Source of the DNA: Octopus sinensis
Taxonomy: Eukaryota
Direction of reading: 5' to 3'
Length of the DNA stretch: 64,000 nucleotides
Assembly: GCF_006345805.1 (NCBI RefSeq)
Contig: NC_042997.1
Coordinates: 188,976,001-189,040,000, forward strand
Shown here: piece after piece, positions 1 through 12,779 of the stretch
How positions within the stretch are numbered: position 1 is the stretch's first letter
Layout of the letters: each line of letters opens with the position of its first letter
The notes under the pieces: model-generated
The model's input: only the letters and a program-made list of their open reading frames with translations
The model's database searches: none
Told to the model about the DNA's origin: nothing
Position numbers and translations under genes: made by a program

Positions 1-1
1 C

Positions 2-2730
2 TTTAAACCGGAAAATCCTACCCACTCGACCCTCCATTTCATCACCACCAATGGGCCACCTGTATTCTCACGCCCCCGGCGCCTAGCGCCAGACCGGCTT
101 AAAACGGCCAGAGCCGAGTTTGAGCACATGCTTCAACTTGGCATTATACGCCCCTCCACCAGCCCATGGGCATCTCCCCTTCATTTGGCGCGAAGGGCGA
201 GTCTGATTTTCGCCCGGTTGGAGACTATCGACGCCTCAATGCCGTCACAATAGCCGATCGCTATCCGATTAGAAATCTCCGGGACTTTACAGCAAATCTC
301 CATGGTTGTACCATTTTTTCGAAGGTCGATCTGATACGCGCTTACCACCAAATACCGGTCAACCCAGCCGACGTTCCAAAAACTGCAATCACTACCCCGT
401 TTGGGTGTTTTGAGTTTTTGTACATGAGTTTCGGTTTGCGGAATGCTACTAGCACCTTCCAGCGTTTCATTGATGAGGTTGTCCGCGGTCTTGATTTTGT
501 GTTTGCCTATGTCGATGACATACTCATTGCGAGCGACACACGAGAAAATCATCTCCGGCACCTTTCTCAACTCTTCCAGCGTCTTCGCGCGTATAGCATA
601 CGCATAAACCCCGACAAGTGTGTTTTCGGACGCTCTTCCATAGATTTTCTAGGGCATCATATTGATTCGACTGGAATCAGCCCCCTCTCGTCAAAAGTCG
701 ATGCCATTCAACGCATCGCACCCCCACTTCCTTGCGCCAGCTCAGGCATTATAGGGATGGTCAATTTCTACCGACGCTTCATTCCCGGTTGTGCAGATAA
801 GCTGCTACCTCTCACCAGGCTGTTAAAGGACTCTCCTAGAAAGGACAGTCAAGTCACCCTCTCTGTTGAGGCAGTGACAGCCTTTGAGTCCATTAAGAAG
901 GAGCTGGCTTCTGTTTCTTTGCTTGCACATCCAGTTCCTGGTGCTTCTCTCTCTTTGACTGTGGACGCATCGGACACTGCCATTGGCGCTGTGTTACAAC
1001 ACACAGTGGATGACCATGTTCGACCTCTAGCCTTCTTTTCCCGTCAACTGCAACCAGCTGAACGACGATACAGCACCTTTGATCGTGAGCTCCTAGCGAT
1101 CTATCTATCGGTTCGTCATTTCCAGCATCAACTTGAAGGGCGAGATTTTGTGATCTATACGGATCACAAGCCCCTTACGTTTGCCCTGTTTTCAAAAACG
1201 GACAAACTCTCACCCCGTGCTTTTCGGCACCTGGATTTTATCTCTCAATTTACTAGCAACATTCGACACATACCTGGAAAAGAGAACGTTCCTGCTGACG
1301 CTCTCTCTCGCCTTCCAGTTTGCGCCCTTTCGTCTCCTGCTGCTATCGACTTAGCTGCCATATCGCAGAGAGCAGCCACCTTTGGCGTCGTTAGATTTAA
1401 TTTCTCCCAAGTTCTCCTGTTGCCAGTTTTCCTACCTTCCGCTTCCGTCAGCCGAAGGCACCATTCTTTGTGACACTTCAACTGGATCTCCCAGGCCACT
1501 GGTGCCTGAGACCCATCAACGCTCAGTGTTTGAAGCACTGCACTCCTTATCACATCCTGGCATCGCTGCCACCCTCAAACTAATCACTGCTCGGTTTTTC
1601 TGGCCGAATATGCGTCGCACAATTACTTGTTGGACACGCACCTGCTCCAAGTGTCAACGATCCAAGATTCAACGGCACGTTCGTGCCCCGCTTGGACAAT
1701 TCCCCCCACGGATGCCCGTTTTCGCCATGTCCACATCGATCTGGTTGGACCATGGCCTGTGAGTCGCGGGTTCTCTTATCTATTAACTTGTGTCGATCGT
1801 TTCTCCCGCTGGCCAGAAGCCATTCCGATAGCAGACATTTCTGCTGAGACTGTTGCGCGAGCTTTCGTTTCAAACTGGATTTCTCGCTTCGGAGTCCCGT
1901 CCCGATTGACAACTGATCGTGGACGACAGTTTGAGGCCTCGCTATTTCGCGAATTGTCGCGAATTTTGGGTATGCACCATATCCACACCACAAGCTACCA
2001 TCCAGCGTCTAATGGATTGGTTGAGCGGTTCCATAGACAGCTCAAGGCCGCTCTTCGTGCCTCTTCGGACCCACAGTCCTGGATCGAATTTCTGCCCATT
2101 GTGCTTCTCGGCTGTCGGACTGCTGTCAAGGCAGACCTGGGGTTTTCTGCTGCAGAGCTGCTGTATGGTACCACACTGGCATTGCCCGGTACGATGTTGG
2201 TGCCAGACACTTCCCCGCCCCATGATCCGGCGACCTATGTCACCAGACTGCGGGAATATTTTTCAAACCTTCCGCCCATGCTTCCCAGAAAGCAATCTCC
2301 ACCGTCCCATCTTCCACCGGATATGAACACCTGGTCGCATGTTTTTGTTCGGGACGATTCTGTGAAGGGCCCACTTGTTTCTCCCTATAAAGGACCTTTT
2401 CGTGTGCTTTCTCGCACACCAAAGGTTTTCACGATTGAGATAAATGGTCGTTCGGAGACCGTTTCCGTGGACCGTTTAAAAAAGGCACATTTTGAGACGT
2501 CTTCATCTTTTGATGACAACCTTGACACCACCCACCTATGCACCTTTAACAACACTTTCACCTGCACAAACGCCTTCACCTGCACAAACGCCTTCACCTG
2601 CACAATCACTTCACCGGCTCCTACAACACCACCCTCGCCGTCAACGGGTGCCCCGAGCACACCGTATGTTACAAAATCGGGCAGAACAGTGCATTGGCCC
2701 AAGAAACTTTCAAAAACAATTTACATTTAA
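2..2730 (+). pseudogene. pol: Gypsy pol polyprotein (RT, RNase H, integrase) split over several frames by small indels
   Basis: Frame 2 gives ...LGIIRPSTSPWASPLHL. ORF 166-1473 has DYRRLN, YVDD, DAS and YTDHKPL. ORF 1382-1762 has the HHCC zinc finger (HSLSHPG...CSKC). ORF 1627-2730 has the rve core ([23 protein letters not shown]), a PYKGPF motif and terminal TKSGR. Frameshifts near 190, 730-750, 1370 and 1705. Confidence 0.95.
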
Positions 2731-2857
2731 CTTTCTTAAAATGTTTCTTATTGTATAATAGTATGTACCAAGTCTTCTGGGGGATCGGCAAGCCTTCTGT
2801 TTCTGCAGCACCACCACAATATTCTGGTTGCCGTACTTCGCACTCGGAGGGGAGCCC

Positions 2858-3201
2858 TGTAGTGATGCTACAGTGTAGGGTTCGGCGCGCATGCGCAGAA
2901 TGGGACTACTTCCGGGTGGCCACCGGAAGTCTTCCCCATGCGCATGTGCGGGAAAACATCTCTCGAGCCCGCGAACCTCAAATCTCTCTCTTCGGCTCAA
3001 GACAGCACTGCGATCGGTCACGGTTTTCCTGGCTCTGACAGCCACACACCAACTTCAACCAACTTCAACCAACCTCAACGACCAACACCAGCAGTATATC
3101 AGAGGCTGTCTATTCCCCCATCAGACAACGTACAACCATGAATCAATAAACCAAGTTGTCTGTTCACCTTTAACCTGAGTTTCGTCTGTTTGTTTTCTAC
3201 A
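2858..3201 (+). repeat. 3' LTR (344 bp) of the Gypsy element
   Basis: Starts TGTAG after the PPT, ends CTACA (5-bp terminal inverted repeat), AATAAA at 3145-3150; composition changes to AT-rich host DNA afterwards. Confidence 0.88.
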
Positions 3202-4660
3202 AGAATTTTTGTATGTGACTAGAAAGGATCTCGACACCCTGCCAGTGCTTCGATGATAGATCCTTTCACGTTACACGTTCATGCTTTCTCCAAGGGCATC
3301 AAAAGTGCGATTGAAGATAATTACCCTTCCTTTTATCTTTTACTTGTTTTCGTCAGCGAACTGCGGCCATGCTGGGGCACCGCCTTGACTGTTTAGTCGA
3401 ACACATCGACCGCTGTACTGTACTGTACTTATTTTTTAAAACCCTGGTACTAATTCCATCGACTTCTTTTTGCCGAACGGCTAAGTTACGGAACTTACCA
3501 TTACTTTATAATACCTTGCCTCGACGGGCAGGTTGATAAATCCAAAAGCATGCGAAATTAAAGTTAGATGTGGGAGAATATTTTTGTGCTTGGTTTGGCG
3601 TACACAAATTGTTAGTAGTAAATGCTGAGACAGATAGAATGATGTTGTAAGAGCTAGAGAGAATTGTTAGGTGTTGTCTCAAGTTGCTGATAGTTAACTT
3701 CATTTCTCCCTCTGACCGAGGTTGGTCAGCCAGATCTCGTTGAGTCGTCACGATGTGACTGACTGCTGGTTGAATAGTCGGTCACCCGGCTGGTAAATGA
3801 ATGATTTTTGCTTGGGATGTGCTGGCTTATATTAAGATCCAGAAGGATAGATGTATCATCGAGAACGATAGATTTAGTTGGTGTCCATGTTATCTATTCT
3901 AGCTTTTGGTGAAGACATTATTTTGGCCAGCTAAAGGCATCTGGAAAATGTAAAAACTGCTGTCAGAGAAAAACCATTGTTCCATCGTGGGAAAAGTTCT
4001 GTAGCAGTGTTAATTCAAATTTGGCTATGGTGGATCGAATCTACTTCATACATGCAAGATTCGCTACACACTATATATATGTATACACACACACACACAC
4101 ACATATAACAGCATGTGTATGCCTTTGCGTTTACCCCAACCCCAACAAAAAACGCCGGTTAGCAAACACTGGTTGGACATAAGTACAACAATTTCTTTCA
4201 GTTCCTGTCTACCAAATACACAAACCTTTGTGTATTTGTGGAAGGCACCTGCCAAAGATGCCAAGTAGTGGAACTGAACCCGAAACATTGTGTTTAGGAA
4301 GCAAACTTTTTACCACACAGCCACGCCTGCACCTATTTCTGTTTAGTAAAGATAATGAAATGCTAAGTTTGCCATAAATTTATAGTTTTAGGAGATTCTA
4401 TTATAACTAACCTGAATTTGATTACAAACTGGGCCAATTTAGACAAGTTATCTAGAATATTCTGAAGAGTAACTAACCGGCCAGTAAAATCTTTTACGAC
4501 TCACCGCGAGAAGAAAGATATTCAGCTGATGATCCAAAACACGACAGCAATGATTGATGAGTTCCAACATTGTATCTAGCCATTGATAATATCATTGATC
4601 TCAGTATGGACGCAGTATCATGACCGAATGGTTAAAAAGTTCGCCTTGTAAAGAGTGTTT

Positions 4661-5053
4661 GGATGTTTTCGGTTTGAACGGCAGTTTTTTCTAGCGGTCT
4701 CATATGAAATTGTCACCTATAATTATGACCCTAGTATCGATCTATTGCATTTCAATCTATTTTAGGGTTAGGGATGGAGGAAGGGTATCTTTTTTTTTTC
4801 AGAAATGTAAATAAACCCAATCTATTTTTTAAACGAGGGACATTTCATACGGCACAGAATGTTTTCACCTCAATAGACGTCATTGATTGGTTGAAATTGA
4901 AGAAAAAAAAATCTTACAAACCATAGAATTTTCTCAATAAAGCCAAGAGAAAAAAGATGTTTTATAAACACATTCTACCAGTATACGAAGTTTAAAAGTG
5001 TTTAGTTACATGGAAATTATTTTAAAAAACTGCCGGTCAAACCGAAAAGATCC
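4661..5053. mobile_element. MITE with GG-initiated TIRs and 8-bp TSD (Merlin-like), copy 1
   Basis: TIRs GGAT(G/C)TTTTCGGTTTGA(A/C)CGGCAGTTTTTT; TSD GAGTGTTT on both sides; homologous copy at 20004-20413. Confidence 0.85.
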
Positions 5054-6570
5054 GAGTGTTTTTTTTTTAACAATAGTCTCTGGTCGATCCAAGTTCTTGT
5101 GAGTGAAAGTTGATAGACGGAAACTGTGGGAGCTCGTCAAATGAATTGTATCTGTAATCCAAAATACACTGTGTCGTACTGATTACATTAAGGGTACAAG
5201 CGTCTGTGGAATGCTTTGCCACTTACATGCTAATTCATTGAGTAAGTAATTCAGTTAATCAGTGGAAAGCGACAGAGATCTATTTTTCTTAACTAATTCT
5301 ATATCTGAAAACATCTGTTAATAAAAATAAACATGCAGCAGTTCAGTTTGTGAAGAACTTCAGGAGACACAGACACTCTTCTAAAAGCACTCGACAGCAA
5401 CTGTTTCTGCTAATATAAACAATATATGTGCATTCCCACAGTGCAGTAAAACTTGTTAGAAGATTTATTTTAAGAAAGTAACACATCACAAGTACGAGCT
5501 TCTGATAAGTGGTATCATTGTAGTCTAAATGTTTTTACGGATATTTCTATTTAACCAAATCCGTTTGATTGGAACCTCATTTTTTGGAATTGATATCTTA
5601 GAACCGTAGTTCATCAGGCAGTTATATAAGGGTAGGTACAGTTATAATTCTTTTTTTTTAGATGTTTTGAAGAGGACGGAAGTCTATTTCAAAAAGCTAT
5701 TACTGTCGTCACTACGAACGACAAAACATTGAGGGAGTTTACAAAACTGATTCGAAGCAAGACTCCAGCTTGCATAATATTCTGAGAGAGAAAAAAAAAA
5801 GCCCCAAAACAAAAAACACAAACGCAAAACAAACAAAACCAACAAACAAACCAATACTAAAACCCTTGAAGAACATTTTTGTCGTGTAATTTCATTCATG
5901 TCTCGTAATGTAAATCAATTGCAGTAGTTTATCTTATCGACTCTGGAAAGATGAAAGTTAACATCGGCTAGATTTGAATTCAGAAGTGAAGGACTTATAA
6001 TTAAATACTGCTAGGAATTTTGTCCCTCGCTTCACCAACAACGATTCCGCCATTCCACCCCATTTATTAAAATCATATTTTTAAAATTCTTTCTTTTTTT
6101 TTTTTTGAGAGATCCAAATTTTATTAGAACATTTAAATACAAACAAACACGAAAGACAGATAAGAAAAGAAAAAGTGGTGGTGGGGTTGTAAAACAACGC
6201 AAGATGGATGTGGAGAGGGCGATGGACCGCACCCCCAAAACAAATGATGTGCTTAGCCGCTCACACCGGTAATGACCGCGATGTTGTCGCGGATAACGGT
6301 CAGCGACACTCACTGCAGCAATTTACTCCACTTCGCGGGGCACATTTCTCCGAGGTGCTAGAGTACATTTAAATTTACAATTAGAACACCCACCCATATA
6401 AACATACTCTTACACGCGCACAAAATATATTTTCTGTCAGTGATATTTCTACTTTAGTCCTATACCGCACATCATCGTCGTTATCTCATAGTAAGATTGT
6501 TGTTGCTTGTCTCCAAGTTGGCTCTGATTTAGTAGATTTATGTTCATTGTGTTCATGGTATACCAGTCAT

Positions 6571-6996
6571 AGGAGGCCGCTACGTTCTGAGTTCAAATTC
6601 CGTCGAGGTCGACTTTGCCTTTCATCCTTTCGGGTTCGATTAAATAAGTACCAGTTACGCACTGGGGTCGATGTAATCGACTTAATCCGAGTGTCTGTCC
6701 TCGTTTGTCCCCTCTATGTTTAGCCCCTTGTGGGTAGTAAAGAAACAGGTATACCAGTCATAGAAGGCGGAGAACTGGCAGTAACGTTAGCACGCCGGGC
6801 GAAATGCGTAGCCGTATTTCGTCTGCCGTCGCGTTCTGAGTTCAAATTCCACCGAGGTCGACTTTGCCTTTCATCGTTTCGGGGTCGATAAATTAAGTAC
6901 CAGTTACGCACTGGGGTCGATGTAATCGGCTTAATCCGTTTGTCTGTCCTTGTTTGTCCTCTCTGTGTTTAGCCTCTTGTGGGTAGTAAAGAAATA
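6571..6996 (+). mobile_element. Two tandem copies of SINE family B (one 5'-truncated, one full-length)
   Basis: Shared body GTTCAAATTCC..GAGGTCGACTTTGCCTTTCATC..GTACCAG..TGGGGTCGAT; B-box-like GTTCAAATTCC; GGTATACCAGTCAT present before, between and after the copies. Confidence 0.85.
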
Positions 6997-8376
6997 GGTA
7001 TACCAGTCATGACCATACCGTCCCTTTTGAAGTCCAGTACTACTTTACCTAGTTGTACTTTCCATGTCCGTCGTTAAGGGGTTGCATTGGATAGCACTGT
7101 CCCCTCACTATTCATTGGTGTAGCTTCAGATTTATAGTGATACATTTATTTCTAAACTCCACTTAAGCAGTAGTACTAATTAGTGTCAACCCAGAATGAT
7201 CTTAAGCACCCTCAGGCACCAAAGTCTGGCGACGGGCCTGGCTCATTCCTTATTAAGACAGAGGGGGTAGTATATGCGGGAGATTTTGCCTGTTTTTTTC
7301 TAACAGGTCGGTCTACTACGTAGAGGCTACTTCAATGGCCCATGGGACCAATACCAGTGGTGGTATTGTGTTTGTATGAGATATATTAGTAGTTAGGTTC
7401 CATGTCAATCTTTATTGAGCAAACCTCTGATCGAAGTCGTCCCAACCATGACTGTCCTTTTTTTTTAAAGGTTCCTTCCTCGGACTACATTATCTGATGT
7501 GTCCTTTTTTTGCATTAAAGCAGTTTTGTGTGAGTAAATGTTATGCGAGTTATTATATGTACCTTGCCTTGTCTCGAGCCCTCTACTTCTGAGGGAGTAG
7601 GTACACAGCTGTGACACACGGCGTCTTCTGTATGTAATCTTGAAGGATTACATACTTCTTACAGGTTTGACCCAAATCGATATAAGAAGAAAAAGAAGTA
7701 ATTTTTAGCATTGAACTGGTACTTTGTGTATCGACTCAAAGTGGTGAAAAGCAAAAAAAAAAAAAAAAAAAAAGGTTAACCTCAATCAGATTTGAATTGA
7801 ACGCACCGAGAGACAGAACGAATATTGGAAGGTATGTTACCCGATGCTCTAACAACTTTAGTGAACTCGCATGTAGATATATCTCAGTGTTGTTTTGCTG
7901 CTTAGCCAGAGGTCAACTCTGAACGAGCATGTACAGTCTGTCGAACGATTAATATGATTAGTGGGAAACGCGATACACGGGTCCTGTTGTTCTGGATGTG
8001 TTTTATTTCTACAGGGGAAAAAATTTATCATATGGCGTGCCGTGTGATAGCCTTTCATTATCCAGTCTATTTTGTATATCAGTTATTTCTCTTTCTAGCA
8101 GGGCAAGCTACAGTTTAGATTCTAAAAGAGTTTCTAAATCTTAGAAGCTCTCTTTGACTCGTTGTATACCGGTTGTTGTTGTGTAGCCTTAGTTCGGCCC
8201 TTATCGAGTCTTTTCTATATCTACTACTACATTATCCAATGCGTGATTTCCTTTTTTAAAGTCAACAGGGTCTGATTTAATGGTGATGGGTGAGATTTGG
8301 TTACTCATGCTTGCTGGTCGAGTGACCTCAAGAGGTTCCGTCGTTGGCTTCTTGTATGGCAGTAGTAGTAGTGTTA

Positions 8377-8607
8377 AGGCGGCGAGCTGGCAGAAACGTT
8401 AGCACGCCAGGCGAAATGCGTAGCCGTATTTCGTCTGCTTTACGTTCTGAGTTCAAATTCCGCCGAGGTCGACTTTGCCTTTTATCCTTTCGGGGTCGAT
8501 AAATTAAGTACCAGTTACGCACTGGGGTCGATATAATCGACTTAATCCGTTTGTCTGTTCTTGTTTGTCCCTTCTATGTTTATCCCCTTGTGGGCAATAA
8601 ATAAATA
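8377..8607 (+). mobile_element. Full-length SINE family B with 16-bp TSD
   Basis: Same body as 6764-6996; flanked by AGTAGTAGTAGTGTTA at 8361-8376 and 8608-8623. Confidence 0.9.
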
Positions 8608-8929
8608 AGTAGTAGTAGTGTTAGTAGTAGCTGTAGTTTAGCCCCAGACAGGCCTTGATCGAGTACATATATATGTAGTAAATGACCGTATACTGTCGGA
8701 GATAAAAACCTGTTATAGTCGTGCTGTGTTAAAAATGTTTCGTCTCCCTCCGATATATATGGTGTTTTTAATACTATATTATCAGAGGGAGACGAAAAAT
8801 CGCCTCGCCAGAGCACCAAGTGCATTTCGACCTTTTTTGGCTTTGTCAATGACGTGTACTCGCAGCCACATGCCTTGACGAAATTTGTTACCTTCCCTAT
8901 ATATTTGTTAACTTCCTTGAATAGAATAG

Positions 8930-9210
8930 TGCTGATTTTGTAGTGTTTACATATTTTCCAATGTAAATACTGTCCTAACCTATTGTGGTGATTTTGTATT
9001 CGTTTGGTGTCAGCACAGGACATTCCGAGACCAGATGGTCTATTGCTTCGCCAAATGTATCGCAGAATCTGCATTTAGGGTCAGAACCGTTTTGAAGAAC
9101 GTTAGCCCGATATTTTTCTGTGAGCAAGCTTTGATCTTGTGTTGCCAATATGAAACCTTCAGTTTCTGCTTTCAGTACTGGATAAGTGCCTGTTCATTGC
9201 TATTGTGGAG
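8930..9210 (-). pseudogene. Fragment of an RLE-type non-LTR retrotransposon ORF (R4/Dong-like), zinc-knuckle region
   Basis: Across frames reads LKAETEGFILATQDQSLL...DPKCRFCDTFGETIDHLVSECPVL...HNRLGQYLHWKICKHYKI, the CCHC plus RH(N/D) signature. Confidence 0.8.
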
Positions 9211-10134
9211 ATTTTATAGCACTGGAGTCGATGTCATCGACTTAATCCCTTCCCCCAAATTTGAGACCTTGTGCTTCCAGTAGAAAGGGTCGTCGTCGTC
9301 ATCATCATCGTCGTCGTCGTCATCATCATCATCATCGTTGTTGTTGTTGTATGCCCGTTGCAAAACGTCGTAGATCGTCTCATGCACAGCTTCGAGTGTT
9401 CGTTTAAGTTAGTAACCAATATGAAAAGTTTGATCCGTTCGATTATGTTCCTTTGTATAAATTTGTGGCTTTGTGCCAATATCACTTATTTTGCTGGTAA
9501 ATAATTATTTGACGGCGAAACACCCACAGCAGTAGAGTGTCAGCCTAAAGATATAATATTCGGTGTTTATCCTTCCAGATTCGAATTTCGACAGTGTATA
9601 TTTTTACTTTTCCTTCCATCCTTCCGTATCTCTAATATACACTATTCGATACAGTCGACTGTACATAGTGCTCCTTCAAAAAACGAAAACCAAAATGGAT
9701 TCATACTGAGTGGAATATCCATTGCATTATCAGAGAAAATTATTTGCGTTGCCGATTTGACGTAATAAAAATCTTTTACGATAGTCCGAGCAAAACTTGT
9801 TCCGATTTCCATGAATGTTATGCAAGGGAGAAAACTCCATCTTTGGATGCGTTTTTATGCTCTCCCTTGTAAAGAAAAATGCGCAAAACTTGAAATGATC
9901 CGAAAGTATTTTGAATAACGTTCTGTATTTCTTTTGATCAGTGTTTCTTGACCTTTTCTTTTTTGCATCCTCCACTTTATAAACTCACCTTCTTGATTCC
10001 CGTCCCCTGTGTATGATTAAAAAAAAAAGTACTCTTGTTTACAACTCATTTGCATAAAAATGTAATTTTTATTTAAAAATTAAATGTGCTATTCATAGTG
10101 TTTTGCATCTGTGCTATTCTGTACTACAGAGTAC

Positions 10135-10610
10135 ATCATCATCATCATCATCGTTTAACGTCCGCTTTCCATGCTAGCATGGGTTGGACGATTTGACTGA
10201 GGTCTGGCGAATCAGATGGCTGCACCAGGCTCCAATCTGATCTGGCAGAGTTTCTACAGCTGGATGCCCTTCCTAACGCCAACCACTCCAAGAGTGTAGT
10301 GGGTGCTTTTACATGCCACCGGCATGAGGGCCAGTCAGGCAGTACTGGCAATGGTCACGCTCAAATGGTGCTTTTTACGTGCCACCTGCACAGGAGCCAG
10401 TCCAGTGGTACTGGCAACGACCTCGCTCAAATGTTTTTCACATGCCACCAGCACAGGTGCCAGTAAGGCGACACAGGTAACGATCACGCTCGAATGGTGC
10501 ATTTTACGTGCCATCAGCATGGAGGCCAGCTTGTTGCTCTGACAACATTCACGCCCGTATGGTACTCTTAGCGCTCCACTAGCATGGATGCCAGTCATCG
10601 AATTTGATTT
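10135..10610 (-). mobile_element. Family C repeat: RTE-type LINE 3' end or RTE-tailed SINE ending in (ATG)n
   Basis: (CAT)n followed by GTTTAACGTCCGCTTTCCATGCTAGCATGGGTTGGACG...GGATGCCCTTCCTAACGCCAACC. Further copies at ~17790-18225, 26445, 37230, 38590-38925, 41170, 53395, 56213-56550, 57510 and 58440. Confidence 0.8.
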
Positions 10611-11794
10611 TGATAGATTTTAGCTAACACAGTATGTAGTAGATAGATGTAAATACCTTTTCTCTATATGCAGTATCTTTATGAAAAGAAAAATATGGAT
10701 CAGGTGGACTAGTTTCAAGTTTGTGTTGGGACTTAATCGGCATCTGAGTACCCTCTGTAATTATCTACGCTGATACCTCTTATAAACTTATGAATTAAGT
10801 AATTCAGATAGACTAGTTTTCTTCTTATAACATATTTTGGCAGCTAGCTTGATTATTAACTTATTGGTAGGTTTATATAGTTGTTACATCTGTCTTCTAT
10901 CAGACAGTGTTGAATAAAATTTTTAGCTGTATTCAGTGTTACAAAATAAGACTGAGACAAGACACTGTTAATGCACCAATAATTTATTACTCCATAAAAT
11001 AGCATATTACAACATATGTTGTAATATGCAATTTACCTGATTTACTTAAGCCATAAATAATATTGGGTCTATAAGCATTGTCTCTGTGGGCAGTTAAAGG
11101 AGGTCAGTTGCTGATAAATATATATATATATATTTTCTTTAGTTTCTATAAATATACACTGTGCTCATTAAACAATATTTCTCACTCACCAGATAAAGTA
11201 CTTTTTTTGTTGATCTTACCTTTGTGGAACAATATACTATATGTAGTTTACACCCCCCACTAAAGTTTATTTTTATTTTTGTGGAAAAAAGTGTGTAAAT
11301 TACATGGGTTTTTACGGTATATATAAATGCACTCAGACTCACACAAATATATGTATATGTGTGTGTGTGTGTCTGTGTTTCAAAAAACCAAAATGACAGT
11401 GCCATGTAGGACTAATAAGCTTTGAAACACAAACAATCCTACACCATAACCAGTTGCAGAAAGTGAAATTATCAAAATGCAAATATTCTTGCAAACTCTT
11501 CCAATTTTGACTTTGCTGCCAGGTCAAATGCTGGCTTAACTAGCCGTCTTCATGTTCAGGTTACTCGAAGTAACTTAAGTCTCACATATGCAACTTATAA
11601 ATTGACTGTATAAAAGACATTAAGGAGTGAATATAAATATTCATACTCATTAAATTGAATAAAATTTTTTGTACTTACTATTGGGTTGTCCAGAAAGTTC
11701 GTGCTGATTTTTACAGGAAAGAAAAAAGTCAATAAATTGAAATTTTTACCATTAAGACTATTCTACAGAGACCTGAATAACTGTGCTCTAAATA

Positions 11795-12657
11795 CAGGAT
11801 GTTTAAAAAAATTTGATATCATTTGAGTTGTAAATATCACAGAAACTACAGAGTCAAAGTAAATGAAACTAAACAAACTTAATGATTCATTCCTCCAAAT
11901 CTGAATGAGAAATTTGATGGTATGTGGATTTCACGAATGTTCAATATGCGCACCACCTGAGACATGGCACACGCCAAGTCGGTAGTCCAGCTCCTCCTAA
12001 ACTCACTGCAGCATGTCTTGGGTAACAGTCTCCAGCGTAGTAGTGATTCTCTACTCGAGTCCCTCTAGACTTGCAGGAAGAGTGGGGACATAGACCAGAC
12101 CTTTCACATAGCCCCATGTTTGCGCTTTTGCTTGTCCTCTGCCGTTTTGGCCTGAATGAGCTGCAGCTTGTAGGGTTTCATTAGCAAGCATTTTCTCAGG
12201 ACATGCCAAACTGTCATTGTAGGAATCTGGGTTTCCAGACTTGTTCTTATTATGGACTTTTTGGGGCTTCGCAAGAGTTTTTGGTAAACCCACTCGACCA
12301 TCTCTTCCAATGTTAGTGGTCATCCAGATTCTTTTGCTCTGCACAGACAGCCTTCCTCTTTGAATTTTTTGTGCCATGTCCAAATCTGCATTGCCGTTGG
12401 TGACCTTTAAGAGTACTCTCTCACAAATGCACGCTACACAGTCTTGTTCGACTGTGTTTGAGCATACTCCAGCACACAAAACACCTTTTCTCTTTTGGTG
12501 AATGCCATTTTTATACCTGAAAAGATAAAAATATCAAACATTAAACATAAAATTTTGACCTGTTTCTACACATATTGTTAAAATTTGAAGTCATTTGAAG
12601 ATAAACTGGCAAAGTTATTAGATTGTGAAATGATATCAAATTTTTTGAAACACCCTG
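11795..12657 (-). mobile_element. Internally deleted Tc1/mariner-superfamily DNA transposon
   Basis: 30-bp TIRs CAGG(A/G)TGTTT(A/C)AAAAAATTTGATATCATTT; minus-strand transposase remnants RSPKKS...TVWHVLRK.L.MKPYKLQL fused to WGYVKGLVY; catalytic core missing. Confidence 0.85.
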
Positions 12658-12779
12658 ATACACCTATTTATTTAAGGAAATTTCATTTCTCCAAAACACT
12701 AAGTATAGAACAGTGTTTCCTTGGATATAAACATTCCTTTATGAGGTTAACATATCCTCTAAGCAACTTTATATATATA

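Larger units (their letters stand above)
1..3201 (+). mobile_element. Ty3/Gypsy LTR retrotransposon, 3' part (pol, PPT, 3' LTR); 5' part lies outside the window
   Basis: Domain order RT-RNaseH-integrase; polypurine tract GGAGGGGAG at 2846-2854 just before an LTR bounded by TGTAG...CTACA. Confidence 0.96.

Noticed and set aside
9730-9975. 81-aa minus-strand ORF (MEDAKKKRS...)
   Set aside because: GTG start, no recognisable motif and no convincing splice pairing.
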